Shown here: positions 29,399 to 42,876 of the stretch, piece after piece
Layout: each line of letters starts with the position of its first letter
Numbering within the stretch: position 1 is the first letter of the stretch
From: the human T2T-CHM13v2.0 reference genome, Homo sapiens
Length of the DNA: 64,000 nt
Assembly: GCF_009914755.1 (NCBI RefSeq)
Contig: NC_060947.1
Reading direction: 5' to 3' (one strand)
Notes under the pieces: model-generated
What the model was told of the DNA's origin: nothing
The model's database searches: none
The model's input: the letters and a program-made list of their open reading frames with translations, nothing else
Translations under genes and position numbers: made by a program

Positions 29399-29960
29399 CC
29401 AGAAAGATGTCTGATTACAGCTAACTCTCTGGACCTAATTATAACAGAAACAGAGGCTCTTAGAACTCTGCTTTTACAAAACTATGTAGCTCTTGAATTT
29501 ATTCCAGACAATAAAGGAGCTCTATGTGCCTTTATTGATCAAGAATGTTCCATGTACATCCCAGACAACTCAAAGCTGATCTGAGATTCGTCTGACGTTA
29601 AAATGAAATCACTTAATTATATCAGATCAAATGTTAGGACCTGTGATCCTGGGATAGTAATCTATTGGGAGAATCTGGAAGGAAAATTACAGAGTATCCT
29701 AATACTAAAAATTGTGTGTGTTTTATAGTATAGACATAATTATATAATACCACTTAATCCCTTATTAAAAAGAAATTACAAGTGTGATTTTTGTGTCAAA
29801 AATGTTGACTAGGTAAAAAATTATTTGAACAAAGCTAGAAATGAAGGGACCCTTAGCAAAAGAAATACTCGTACTAATGCAGATTCAAGTCTTAATAGTT
29901 GAAACTGTGGGCTGTGAGAGAGAAAAATGTGGAGACAATTGCAGGTGGAACCTCTCTTAA
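29399..29960 (+). mobile_element. Endogenous retrovirus env (TM subunit) relic
   Basis: Frame 29399-29584 encodes ...LRTLLLQNYVALEFIPDNKGALCAFIDQECSMYIPDNS, a degenerate immunosuppressive domain plus CX6CC motif; purine tract then TGTGG at ~29915-29932. Confidence 0.72.
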
Positions 29961-30367
29961 TCCAAGGAAGAATACATCAGTATTACAAATTAATTCTTTA
30001 AGTTGATGAATAGCTTTTTAGCAGTTTTTGAACTTGCCAGCAAGCTTGCAGATAAAAACATTTCTAAGTAAATTATATGGCATATGAGAAGATAGTAAGT
30101 GCAATGTAGAAAAGTAAAGTGGAATGGAGGATAAGTAAAGGGGTCAGTTTTTAATAGGATGGTTAGGGATAATATCACTGAGAAGGTGATATTTGAGCAA
30201 AACTTGAAGAGAGGAGGGAGAAAGTCATTTGGATATATAAAGGGAAGACAGCAATTGCAAAGGTCCTGATACAGGGCCATGTCTGTCATGTTTGCGGGAG
30301 ATAGAATTTATACATATGAAACTGAGGTGAAGGCAATACAAAAAATGTGTAATAAAACAATTCTATG

Positions 30368-30681
30368 GTTTTTTTTTTTTTTTTTTTGAGACAGGCTCTC
30401 AATTGCTCAGGCTGGAATGCAGTGGTGTGATCATGGTTCACTGCAGCCTGGCTGCAGTGAGCTCAGCTGCCTGGGCTCAGGTGATCCTCCCACTTCAGCC
30501 TCTTGAGTAGCTGGAGCTATAGGCACATGCCACCAGGCCCAGCTAATTTTTGTCTTTTTGGAGAGACATGGGGGTTTTGCCATGTTGCCCAGGCTGGTCT
30601 CAAACTCCTCGGCACAAGCAAGCTGATGGTCTTGCCCTCCTGAAGTGCTCAGATTATAGGCATTAGCCACTGCACCTGGCC
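30368..30681 (-). mobile_element. Alu (J-like)
   Basis: PolyT followed by an antisense dimer. Confidence 0.93.
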
Positions 30682-31093
30682 CATTTCTATAAATTAAATA
30701 TATAAGTGCTTAGTAATGGGAAAAATATTCCATGACATTGAGGTTTTTTTTTTCACAAAATATCTTAAGGGAGGTGAGTTTAAATCCAGGTTTTCCAGGA
30801 AGTTATTAAATGGTTTGGTAAGATGGAGGGCATTCTAGGTGGGACAATGTGTTGGTTAATATAGGTGTTTACCTATGTTCCAGGCACATAGTAAGCCCTA
30901 TATATATTTCAGCTGTTAATATTAGGGATCAAATGTAGTTTATGAGAGGTAATAGACTTAGCTGGCAAGGTTTAGCTGGCAAGAAGGAGTCACTTTAGGT
31001 ATGATCAAGCTACTATTTTTAACCATTAAAATAGATCTTTGAAGTTACCATTACATGTTAAACAGGATTTCTTTCCTCTTTTTTATATTCTAG

Positions 31094-31236
31094 ATACCAA
31101 AATAATTTCCCTTTCTCATCTTGAAATGACCTGGACTAACAGAAGAAATTTTCCTGCATTGCTTGTGAGGATCTTACATAAATCAAAACTGCGATACTAT
31201 GGAAAACCTGATAAAAAGATGATTGAACCATATCAG
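31094..31236 (+). CDS. RADX: RADX exon 2
   Basis: ttctag|AT ACC AAA; (D)[13 protein letters not shown]...MIEPYQ; donor CAG|GTACAA; 143 nt keeps frame with exon 1. Confidence 0.96.
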
Positions 31237-32824
31237 GTACAAGTAATAAGATATCATATGTTAATTTAAAAGTTATAAATTATAGCTTACACACCTCACT
31301 CCATAGTATGATAACCTGTTCGTTTAAATAACATTTCATAAGTTCAATGTAATAATTTTTAAATGTACGTAAATGTATATTATAAAGTATTTTTCTGCAT
31401 AATTTATTGTACAAAAAGAAATTATTTCTGTATTGGTGCCCTTTATTTCCCTGATCCAGGTGGTCTCCTTCCCACCTTTTTATTTTCCTTCAACCTTTTC
31501 TTCTCACCTATGCTTTCTGTGCCAATATATAAACATACTCTAGTCTCCCATTTAAAAAAAGAAAAGAAAAGAATCTCCTTTGGCCTTATGACTCTTCTAT
31601 TCCCTATCTTTCTCTTCAGGTAAGCTTCTTGAAGAAGTAGTCTACACTAGATGTTTTTACTTTCTTGCCTCCCATTTCTCAACACAGTTAGCTTGGCTTT
31701 TTTCCTTAGCTTATCATTCACTAGTAACTCTAATTGTCAAATCTGTGTGATACTTCTCTATTGTCTTGACTCTCTGTGCCATATAATGCTCATGAGCTCT
31801 ACTTTCTTGATATGTTTGTGTTCTATTTTTTTCTTACTTAATATTATATTGTACTTTCCCATGATATCAAGAACTATTTTAGATGTTTCATTAAACTTTT
31901 ATTATGAAAGTTATACATGCTTATTGTAGGGAATTTGGAAAATGTAGAAAGCTGTTTGAAGATCTTACCACTCAGAGAGAGCCACTGTTAACATGGTGTG
32001 TTTTATTCCCTTTCTTGTGTGTGTAAATCACATATATACACATATACAAGCATATCATATATATATATACATACACATATCTATGATATTTAATCATATA
32101 TATCACATATATGTGCATATGTAGATGTATTATATATTTCATGTGAGTGTGTATATCATATATCACATTACATTATTTTACAAAATGGGAACCATATTGT
32201 GCATACAATTTTGTGTCGTTTAACATTTTCTTAAATATTTTCTCATATCACTAAAAATTCTTCATCCATAATACTTTACAGTTATATATTTTTAGCACAT
32301 TCTATCATAAATTATTCAGTCATTCCCCGATAGTTTTTTGCCTTCTCATTGTTGCAATACTTTCCTCCCTGATTTTTTAACTCCGCTTATTTGTTGCCTT
32401 CCTACCTCTTTGTGCCTCCATCATTTCGCCCTTGCTTGCCTCTCCAGTCTCATCTCTTCCTGAGCTCTCTATGCTTCATACTAACCAAATTGCCCTACCT
32501 GGAATGTTCTAACAGTAACCAATTGTTTTCTACCTTTCATACCTCTGCTCACGTTGTTTCTTCTGCCTAGAATCCTCTTCCTCTCACTTCTCATCAGATT
32601 GGCAAAGCCATCTTTAAGATTCAGTTCAGTGCTTACCTCTGATTTAAGTCTTTCCATGTATACCCATATGCCTAGTCACTGGGAGAATCAACTACATGCT
32701 ACTCAGGACCCCACTATATGCCCTTACATAGGTCTATCAGAGCATGCATAACCCAGTTACACATACCTGTTAATAGATTTGCTAATCTTACTCTACTGTG
32801 CGCTCCCTGACTGTAGGGAAGAAG

Positions 32825-33080
32825 TATCTAACAGTGCTTAAGAGTGCATGCCCTGTGGTCATATGAACTGAATTCAAGTTTCAGCTGTTTACCATTTCTT
32901 ACCTTTATGATGTAGGGAAAATTATTTATCCTTTTAAAGCCTCAGTTTACTCATCTGTAAAATATGGATACTAATTGTACTTACCTTACAGGATTGATGT
33001 GAGGATTGAATTAGTAAAGGATTTACCTATGTTCCAGGCACATAGCAAGTCCTATATATATTTTAGCTATTATTATTAGG
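32825..33080 (+). mobile_element. MIR
   Basis: gcctcagtttactcatctgtaaaat core. Confidence 0.8.
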
Positions 33081-33532
33081 TACAATGTTTGATTCATCTC
33101 TGCATTCCAGGGCCTAACATAATCTCTGGAATATGGATTCAGTAAATGTTTAATGAATAAAGGAATGAATTACCCAAAATGTATATTCATCATTTAGAGA
33201 AAGGGTCTGAGAATATAACATCATTATTTAAGAAGAAATTAAGAATTAGAAAACACTTTACGGACTGCCTTTTAGGCCCAACTGAAGTTGTCTGTCACTG
33301 TATTTTAATACTGAGAAAAACTCCAAATACTTTCCACCTCAATACATTTCTCTATCTCTAATCTTTAGATGATCAATATTAGCAAAATTGACAACTGAAT
33401 CATTATTAATAAATAATTAAAATTTAGATGTTATTTTCCATCACTCTAAATGATCACAAATAATATGCTATATATTATCTGTACAGATAAAAGTGACAAA
33501 TATGTATGTGCTTTTACTCATTTTCTTTCTAG

Positions 33533-33725
33533 ACCTTTTTGGAAGTTGCTGACAGTTCAGGCACAGTGTCAGTGATTATGTGGAATGCCCTGTGTCCTGA
33601 GTGGTATAAAAGTTTGCGGGTTGGTTTAGTTCTTCTGCTTCAAGACTATTCTGTTAAAAAGAGTTATCCATTCAGAATACAGCCTGTCCCCGTGGATCCA
33701 CAGATCAAACTAATTTCTACAATGG
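33533..33725 (+). CDS. RADX: RADX exon 3
   Basis: tttctag|ACC TTT TTG GAA; [21 protein letters not shown]...LISTM (OB-fold D-x-S/T-G motif); donor G|GTTAAG; 193 nt. Confidence 0.96.
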
Positions 33726-35324
33726 GTTAAGTATTCCATGAATTTGTTGTCTTATCGCTGTTTTGTTTATATAAATTTGCAATGTACCATATTAGGAAAA
33801 AAGACCACAAAAATTACTGAAGCTGTTAGAACCTATGAAACCTTTAAATTTATTTGTCCATAAAATTTTCAAGCAATCACATAACCTAATAAATATACCT
33901 ATTTATTATTTTATTTATTAAGAAAAATTATCTGAGACATTTATTGTTGATTGAAGAATGAGCTCCACTTGGATTGTACTTATTTTGTTTTATTTTATTT
34001 TTGGTCATATAATATTAAGTTAATAACGAATATATTTTGCACTTACTAGTAGGTGCTATCTAAAAAGAACTTCTGTTAACTTTTTGAAATAATTTCAGAC
34101 TTACATAAAAGTTGAAAGAATGGTATAGAGAACTCCCATATACCCTTTACGCATATTCAACAATTACTAGCATTTACCTTTGCTTTATCATTATATATCT
34201 CTCTTCATACATATACATATCTTTACACACACACACACATACACACATATGTATGTATATATATTCCTTGTGATCCAGTAAGAGAAAGTGGCAGCCATCA
34301 TACATACCCCTTTAAGCCTAAACACTTCATTAATATTTCAGTGTATATTTTCTAATAACAAGAGCATTCTATTACATAATCTGAGTACAATTACCAAAAT
34401 CGGGAAATTTAAAATTGATACAATACTAATACCTAACCTATAGTCAGTATTCAAATTTTGCCAATTGCTGCAATCTTGAAAGGGCTTTTCCTAGTTAGTA
34501 TTGGTATATTGACATCACAAATATTTTTGGACCATTAAGATTAATATATTAAATAATTGTTTTTAGATATGACCGTGATTTTTTCACTTTCATTTGTAAG
34601 AATTGTAGATTACATTGCTTAAGTTTAAATATTGTTTTTGGTTTATAATACCTTTATTCTGAACCTGAATTTCTGTGTATTCTAAATTCCCCAGCTAATC
34701 CATTAAGCTTAATTACTTAGAGAATATTCAGATAAAGGTAGCAGTTGTTCATTGTTTTCTTAAACTTGTGTTTATTTGCAAAAACCTTATATGATTATTT
34801 ATTAAAATCTTAAGCGTTTTGCAGACATTGGTCAGATCTTGCTAGATGAAGAAGTTATTACCTAGGTAGTCTGGTACACACAGTCTATTACCTCATTAGT
34901 TTTTGCTATAGAAAGGTGAGGAACTAAACTGATAGAGATATTGTGACTTACTAAGAAAACACAGTAAAAGTTGGCAAGAGGACGCTGATTTACAGCATGC
35001 TACCTCTGCTATATAGAATTATAGGACCAGATTTTCATAATGGAAACTCTCTAAGGTATGAGAAATTATTTATGCTTTCAAGTAAGTAATTGCAGATACA
35101 GAAATTATTTTTATAAATGATAGCCTTGGTGATAATATATTTTAAATGTACCTTTTGGTCTTTAAAACAGTTTTACTTCTTAGTAATGTTAGCGTTGGTG
35201 ATAATATATTTAAAATGTACCTTTTGGTCTTTAAAACAGTATTACTTCTTATTAATGTTAGCAGCAGTCTCTATTTTCTTCCTTATATTTTTGATAAGTA
35301 ACAGGACTTTTGCCCTCTTTTTTT

Positions 35325-35715
35325 AGGAAGCAATAGACTATTTCTGTAAAGCACCAAGTAGTAAATATTTTAGGCTTTGCAGGCCATATGGTCTCTGTTT
35401 CAGCTTCTCAGCTCTGCCTTTGTAGACTGAAGGCAGCCATATGTATGTAAAGGAATGTATATGGCAATATTCCAATAAATATTTATTTACAAAAACTTGC
35501 AGCCATCTGCAGCCTGTAGTTTGCCTAGCCTACATGTGTAAGTGGATTACAACTCTGGCTGTATATTGAAATCACTTGGGGAGCTTTAAAGAGCCACTGG
35601 TGCCCCACCCTCAGAGATTCTGATTTAATTACTCTGAGAATGGGACCAAGGCATTGCTATGGGTTTAAATCTCCTCAGCTGATCCCAAAGGTACAGTCAA
35701 GGTTGGGAACTATGG
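35325..35715. mobile_element. MER58A followed by MER5A
   Basis: tagtaaatattttaggctttgcaggccata; ccccaccctcagagattctgatttaatt. Confidence 0.75.
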
Positions 35716-35779
35716 CTTTATGATCTTTAAACATTACCTGCATGAAACTGACTAATGATCTTTTTATCCTAGCATTTTC

Positions 35780-36588
<809 letters not shown>

Positions 36589-37087
36589 TAGTTATCTTTT
36601 AAAGAGAAAAAAAAAGGCAGTTATGTAAATCATGTTAGGCACAGGAGATGCAAAAGTAAGTAATATACAGTCCTACTCTTAAAAATTAGTCTAATGGGGT
36701 GACAGCTATGTAAGATAAACAAATTAGAGTAAAATGAAAGACTAATGACAGTAAACCATATTAAAAATGTAATAGACAAAAAGGATAAGGAAATGAATAA
36801 AAATGTAATTGAAGAAAGAATGGACAGTAAAGTAGGAGAATGTGTTGCATGGGAGAAAGTGTTAAGCAGAGATTAGGAAAAATATCAGTGGAGTTTAAAT
36901 GTTCTGAGCATTATAAATGAGAAACAGTATATAGTGGGAGGAGAGTTGGTCAGTAAAGGAATAAGGATTTGTGGTACCATCACTGCCTTCTAGGTGTTCA
37001 TGTTGGAAGAGAAACTACTGGGGTCATTTATCTTGGTTTATTTTTCATATTTCCACACATAGTTCCAAGTTAGAACTAATATGTGAA

Positions 37088-37377
37088 TTTTTTTTTTTTT
37101 TTTTTGATACGGAGTCTTGCTATGTCACCCAGGCTGGAGTGGCGTGGTGCAAACTTGGCTCACTGCAACCTTCACCTCCTGGGTTCAAATGATTCTCCTG
37201 CCCGAGTAGCTGGGATTACAGGCGCCCACCACCATGCCAGGCTACTTTTTGTATTTTTAGTAGAGACAGGGTTTTGCCATATTGGCCGGACTGGTCTTGA
37301 ACTCCTGACCTCAAGTGATCCACCCGCCTTGGTCTCCCGAAGTGCTGGTAATACAGGCGTGAGCCGCCGCGCCTAGC
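37088..37377 (-). mobile_element. Alu (S family)
   Basis: PolyT and antisense dimer. Confidence 0.95.
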
Positions 37378-38471
37378 CAATGTAATTTTTTTAAAAGACT
37401 GAATAAATGGAAATCTATAAAGATGGAAATTCTATTGCAAAACAAAGGATATATTATTTGCTGGATGTGTATGGCTTTGTATATTGAATTTTGTACATTA
37501 TTCTGTATACCTTTTACAAAATAGTACATAGCTGGCATACACAAATAATACACCCTTTAAAATCTTGAGATTTTTCAGACTGTATTACATAATGCATATT
37601 GATTGGATGATAGCAACAAGAATTTTTGATTTTGGCGGGCAGGGGCTATTTCTTTAATTCGGAACCCTAGCATTTTAGAGCTGGAAGGGACCTTGAATAT
37701 AATTAAGTGATACTATGACAATGAAAGTACTTCGGAATATGCAAACTATGATGCAAGGTAATATTATGTAATACAACTTTGCTTGCTTATATATGAATAG
37801 ACTGAAACTCATAAAGGTAAAGTGAATATTTCCTTTCACATGACTAGTAATAGGCAGAAATAGAAATAAAATATCTTCATCCTGGTTTAAGCCTTGTTTG
37901 CTACACAGAAAGTTCTTAGAAAAATGTAACTAACCAAGAAGAAAAAAGCCCAAATAGCTTTATAACTATTAAAGGAATTGAATCAGAGGTTTAAATTTTT
38001 CCCACAAAGAAAATATCAGGCATACATCATATTATAGAGAAATTCTACCAAACATTTAGGGAATATATCATTCTAAACCTATTCCAGAGACTAGACTAGA
38101 AAGTATATTCTCAAACTCATATTTTGCTTCCAATATAACCGTGATAATCAAAACCAAACAAGAATAGTATGAAGGAGAAAAATTATAGGTCAGCTTCAGC
38201 CACTAATATATAAACATATATATAGATATTCTGAATGGAATATTGGCAAACTGCATCATGTGTAAAAAAAAAATAAGTTCACATACTGTGACTAGGTTGC
38301 ATTTTTCCTCAGCAATGCAAAATTGGTTTTACATATAAAAATCTGTGTCACCCGCCATTTTTACAAATTAGATAATGAGCATTTTAATAGATACACAAAA
38401 AGCTTTTATTAAAATTTTACAACTATTCATTAATTTAAAAAAGAAAATAGCAAGAGAAGGAAACTTCCTTA

Positions 38472-38807
<336 letters not shown>

Positions 38808-39869
38808 CTAATAATGGGTATTTACAAAATCAAAACCAAACGGCAAACACAATTCTTAATGGGTAAAAGTTAGATACATTCCTTTATAAAATGGGGAAAA
38901 TGGATGTCTCCTATTATTACTATTTCTATTTAATGTTGTACTGGCTGTCCTAGCCAGTGTGAGAAGACAAAATGAATTAAAGGTATAAAGGTTTTAAAGA
39001 AAGGTGCAAGACTGTTACTACTCGCAAATTAAATTTTATACAGAGAAAAAATAACACAAAGTATTAAAAAAATAGGATTTATTATCCTTACCAAACTAAT
39101 GCAGGAACAAAAAACCAAATACCACATGTTCTCACTTACAAGCAGGAGCTAAATGATGAGAACACAAAGAGGGGAACAGCACACACTGTGGCCTACTTGA
39201 AAGTGGAGGGTGGGAAGAGGGAGAGGATCAGAAAAAATAACTATCGAGTACTAGGCTTAGTACCTGGGTGACAAAATAATCTGTACAACAAACCCCCGTG
39301 ACATGAGTTTACCTATATAACAAACCTGCACATATGCCCCTGAACCTAAAATAAAAGTTTTTAAAAATAAAAATTAAAAGTAATAAGATATTAGCAAAGC
39401 TACAAAAGAAGTCAACTGATTATGTATACTCCAATAATAAAGAGTTAGAAATTATAACTTGAAAACATCATTGACATTGTCAACAATAACTATAAGATGT
39501 CTAGAAATAAATGTAAGAGAAGATGTGTAAGACCTGTGTGGAGATGATTATGACACATTATTGGAAGACATTAAGAAAGCCTTAAATAAATAAGTAGAGA
39601 TAAATAAACTGGGTAAAGATTGTATTTGCCACTACATAATCAATGAAGAATTAATATCCAACATATAAACAACTCTTGCAAATTTTTAAAAGACAATTCA
39701 ACAATTCAATAGAACAATGGGCAAAAGACCAAGGCATTTCACAGAAGAGAATGCATATATGAACCATAAGTATATGAAATGTTGTTCAATATGATTAGTA
39801 CTAAGGGAAATACAAAATAGGATCACAACAAATTGTCATATCACTAGATTGGCCAAAAGTACCAAATTT

Positions 39870-40320
39870 GACCATGTGCAGTGGCTCACACCTGAGACCT
39901 AAGTGCTCTGGGAGGCTGATTCTGGAGGAAGCCTTGAGGCCAGGAGTTCAAGATCAGCCTGGGCAACATAAGACCCCCCCATCTCTACCAAAAATTACAA
40001 AAAGTAGCTGGACATGATGATTCTAGCTACTCAGGAGGCTAAGGCAGGAGGATTGCTTGAGCCCAGGAGTTCAAGGCTGCAGTGAGCCATGATTGTATGA
40101 TTGTGCCACTACACTCCAGCCTGGGCAACAGAGTAAGGCCCTGTCAAAAAAAAAAAAAAAGAAAGAAGGAAAGAAAGAAGGAAGAAAGGAAGGAAGGGAG
40201 GGAGGGAGAGAGAGAGAAAGAAAGAAGAAAAGAAAGAGAAAGAAAGAAGAAAGAAAGAGAAAGAAAGAAAGAAAAGAAAGAAAGAAAAAAGAAAGAAAAA
40301 GAGAAAAGAAAGAAAGAAAG
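39870..40320 (+). mobile_element. Alu (J-like) with an expanded (GAAA/GGAA)n purine tail at 40146-40320
   Basis: Dimer followed by ~175 nt of purine-only sequence. Confidence 0.92.
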
Positions 40321-41068
40321 TTAGTTGACAATACCAAGGTTTGGAGAGGATGTGTATCAATGGGAATTTTTACACATTGCTGGTAGAAACACAAATAGGC
40401 TCATTACTTAAAATGATTAGGGATTATGCTATAGAGCTGAACATTTACATATCACATAATCCAGCATTTTTGCACCTACATATAATACCTTAGAAAAACA
40501 GTTGCCTGTGTGCACAGGGAGACACATACAAAAATTTTTAAACAACCCTATGTATAATAGTAAAAACCTGGAAATAATCCAGATGTCCATTAACACAATA
40601 ATGGATAAATAAATTTTAGTTAATAAATTGTAGTATATTAACACACTGGAACATTATTCAGCTGTGGAAATGACAAGAAAACTGCTACATGCAGCTACAT
40701 GGATGAATTTTATTAATATAATGTTGAGTGAAAAAAGTAGTCATAAAATGCAGAATATAATTTCACTCATATGAAGTTCAAAAACAAAGCCAAATAGGAT
40801 TTTGTCTGGGCAAAGTGATAAAACCCTTTTTAAGTTAAAGAAATGATAGAACACAAAGTTCTCAAAGTGTGGTTAAACTTTTTAAACTGTGGTGGAGAGA
40901 TAAGTGGATGTGATAATGGAGGTAGAAGAACACTGATAATAGTCTAGTTCTTGAGTTTAGTGGTGGGTTCAAAATGTTCAGTATACTATTTTGCTTTTTA
41001 ATATATATTCATGTATATTCTTTGGTGTGTATTAAATAGCATATTAAAGTAATATATTTATTTTTCAG

Positions 41069-41177
41069 AAATCTGCCTGAATCTTCGAGATCCCCCAACA
41101 AATATAATTATCATTCCAGAAAAGCAGGTGAAACCAGAATGGAGACTGCCAAAGCTAAATCACCGATTTACCACAAG
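41069..41177 (+). CDS. RADX: RADX exon 4
   Basis: tttttcag|AA ATC TGC; (E)[18 protein letters not shown]...RFTT; donor AG|GTAAAA; 109 nt. Confidence 0.95.
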
Positions 41178-41375
41178 GTAAAATAGTTTCTTGTAAAATG
41201 TCTTAAATATTAATCTTCAGTCTTGGTTACTGAAAAACAATGCATTATAATTTGCTCAAAATCTACCCAGAATTAAGCTATAGCAATTATGTAGATATAC
41301 ATTTTCAAAATAATTGTAGAATGCTTTTTCACTGTTTAAAAATAAAATATTAATTTAGTGATTTTACCTTTTTAG

Positions 41376-41467
41376 GTCAGAACTGGATGATATGCCAGAA
41401 AATTGCATCTGTGATGTTATTGGCCTTTTAGTTTTTGTAGGAAGGGTCCAGCGGTCAAAAAAGAAAG
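41376..41467 (+). CDS. RADX: RADX exon 5
   Basis: tttttag|G TCA GAA; (R)[30 protein letters not shown]; donor G|GTAAGC; 92 nt. Confidence 0.95.
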
Positions 41468-41573
41468 GTAAGCTTTTAAAATTGAAAATCATAAAAAGTA
41501 TTTCAGTGAATAATTTTGTGTTCATATGTATATAACAGTTACCTTCATTTATTTTAATATTCTATCCATATAG

Positions 41574-41696
41574 AAAACCGTGAAGATTTTTGGTCATATC
41601 GCTGGATTCACATTGCTGACGGTACTTCAGAACAACCATTTATAGTGGAACTGTTTTCAACATCGCAGCCAGAAATCTTTGAAAATATTTACCCAA
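41574..41696 (+). CDS. RADX: RADX exon 6
   Basis: atatag|AA AAC CGT; (E)[40 protein letters not shown]; donor A|GTAAGC; 123 nt. Confidence 0.95.
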
Positions 41697-42596
41697 GTAA
41701 GCGATTTTTAATATTTTTATATTATGTTTGGAAGTAGGAGAATTAACTTTAAAAATGTAGAGTAAACTGACTTACAGAAGTAGGGTGACATTGAGTTGGC
41801 AATTCAAGCAGTCTGACAGCATGTTTAAATCTTTTCTATATTAATATCGTTTTTTATAGACATTAACAACCCGTTGGTTGTCTGTTCAGAATTAACTTGG
41901 GATTGAAACCAGTTTTTCAGAAAACAGGTCCTCTTATCAATTCTCATTGTAAAAATTCCACGCATTAAAAAAATCCTTAAATTTCAATAAGACTAAAACA
42001 TGGGCAGTCAATTCCCTTTTTATACATTTGGAAATTGATTAAGTAGACCACATTAAAGACATCGAAGACTTATATAGCATTAATTGGTAGAAGATTGGTG
42101 GACTATGTAATTACATAATAACAATGGTAAGTATGGTTCCGGTCGAATATTAAATTATTCAAGTAAGTTGGTAGTGTTATTTATACCGGCTGGTCAATAT
42201 TTTACTTTGGCTTACTTTGGCATTGACTTTCTCCCCTGGATTCATTCAGATATAAAAGTATTTTTTCCACTAGTTTTATTTATTTGAAATTATTTTAGGT
42301 TTGTCCTATTACATATTACATATAACAGGCTAGTCTTCAGATCTATTATGATAAGGAAAAAAGTATAATACTTTTCAGCAGTTTCAATGAATATTTCCTT
42401 ATTTAAATTTAGAATATAAAGCTATTGTAGTTAGGGGATGACATTTTATTTTTTTCCAAATAATTACATGAATAAACACTAATTGCTATCTGTGTTAAAT
42501 GCTTGGCCAACATTGAAGAAACTCCCAATATTTACTACATATATGTGTGTGTGTTTGTATATATCTATCTATCTATCTGTATACATATATATATAT

Positions 42597-42876
42597 TTGA
42601 GATGGAGTCTCACTCTGTCGCCCAGGCTAGAGTGCAGTGCACAATCTTGACTCACTGCAACCACTACCTCCCAGGTTCAAATGATTCTCTTGCCTCAGCC
42701 TCCTGAGTAGCTGGGACTATAGGAGCACACCACCATGCCTGGCTAATTTTTATATTTTCAGTAGAGACGGGGTTTCACCATGTTGGGCAGGCTAGTCTCG
42801 AACTCAACCTCAGGTGATCTGCCCACCTCAGCCTCCCAAAGTGCTGGGATTACAGGCGTGAGCCACTGCACCTGGC
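42597..42876 (-). mobile_element. Alu (Sx-like) preceded by a (TG)n(TATC)n(TA)n microsatellite
   Basis: Antisense dimer. Confidence 0.94.

Noticed and set aside
40071-40394. K/E/R-rich and F/L/S-rich ORFs
   Set aside because: Translations of the (GAAA)n Alu tail; ordinary low-complexity sequence
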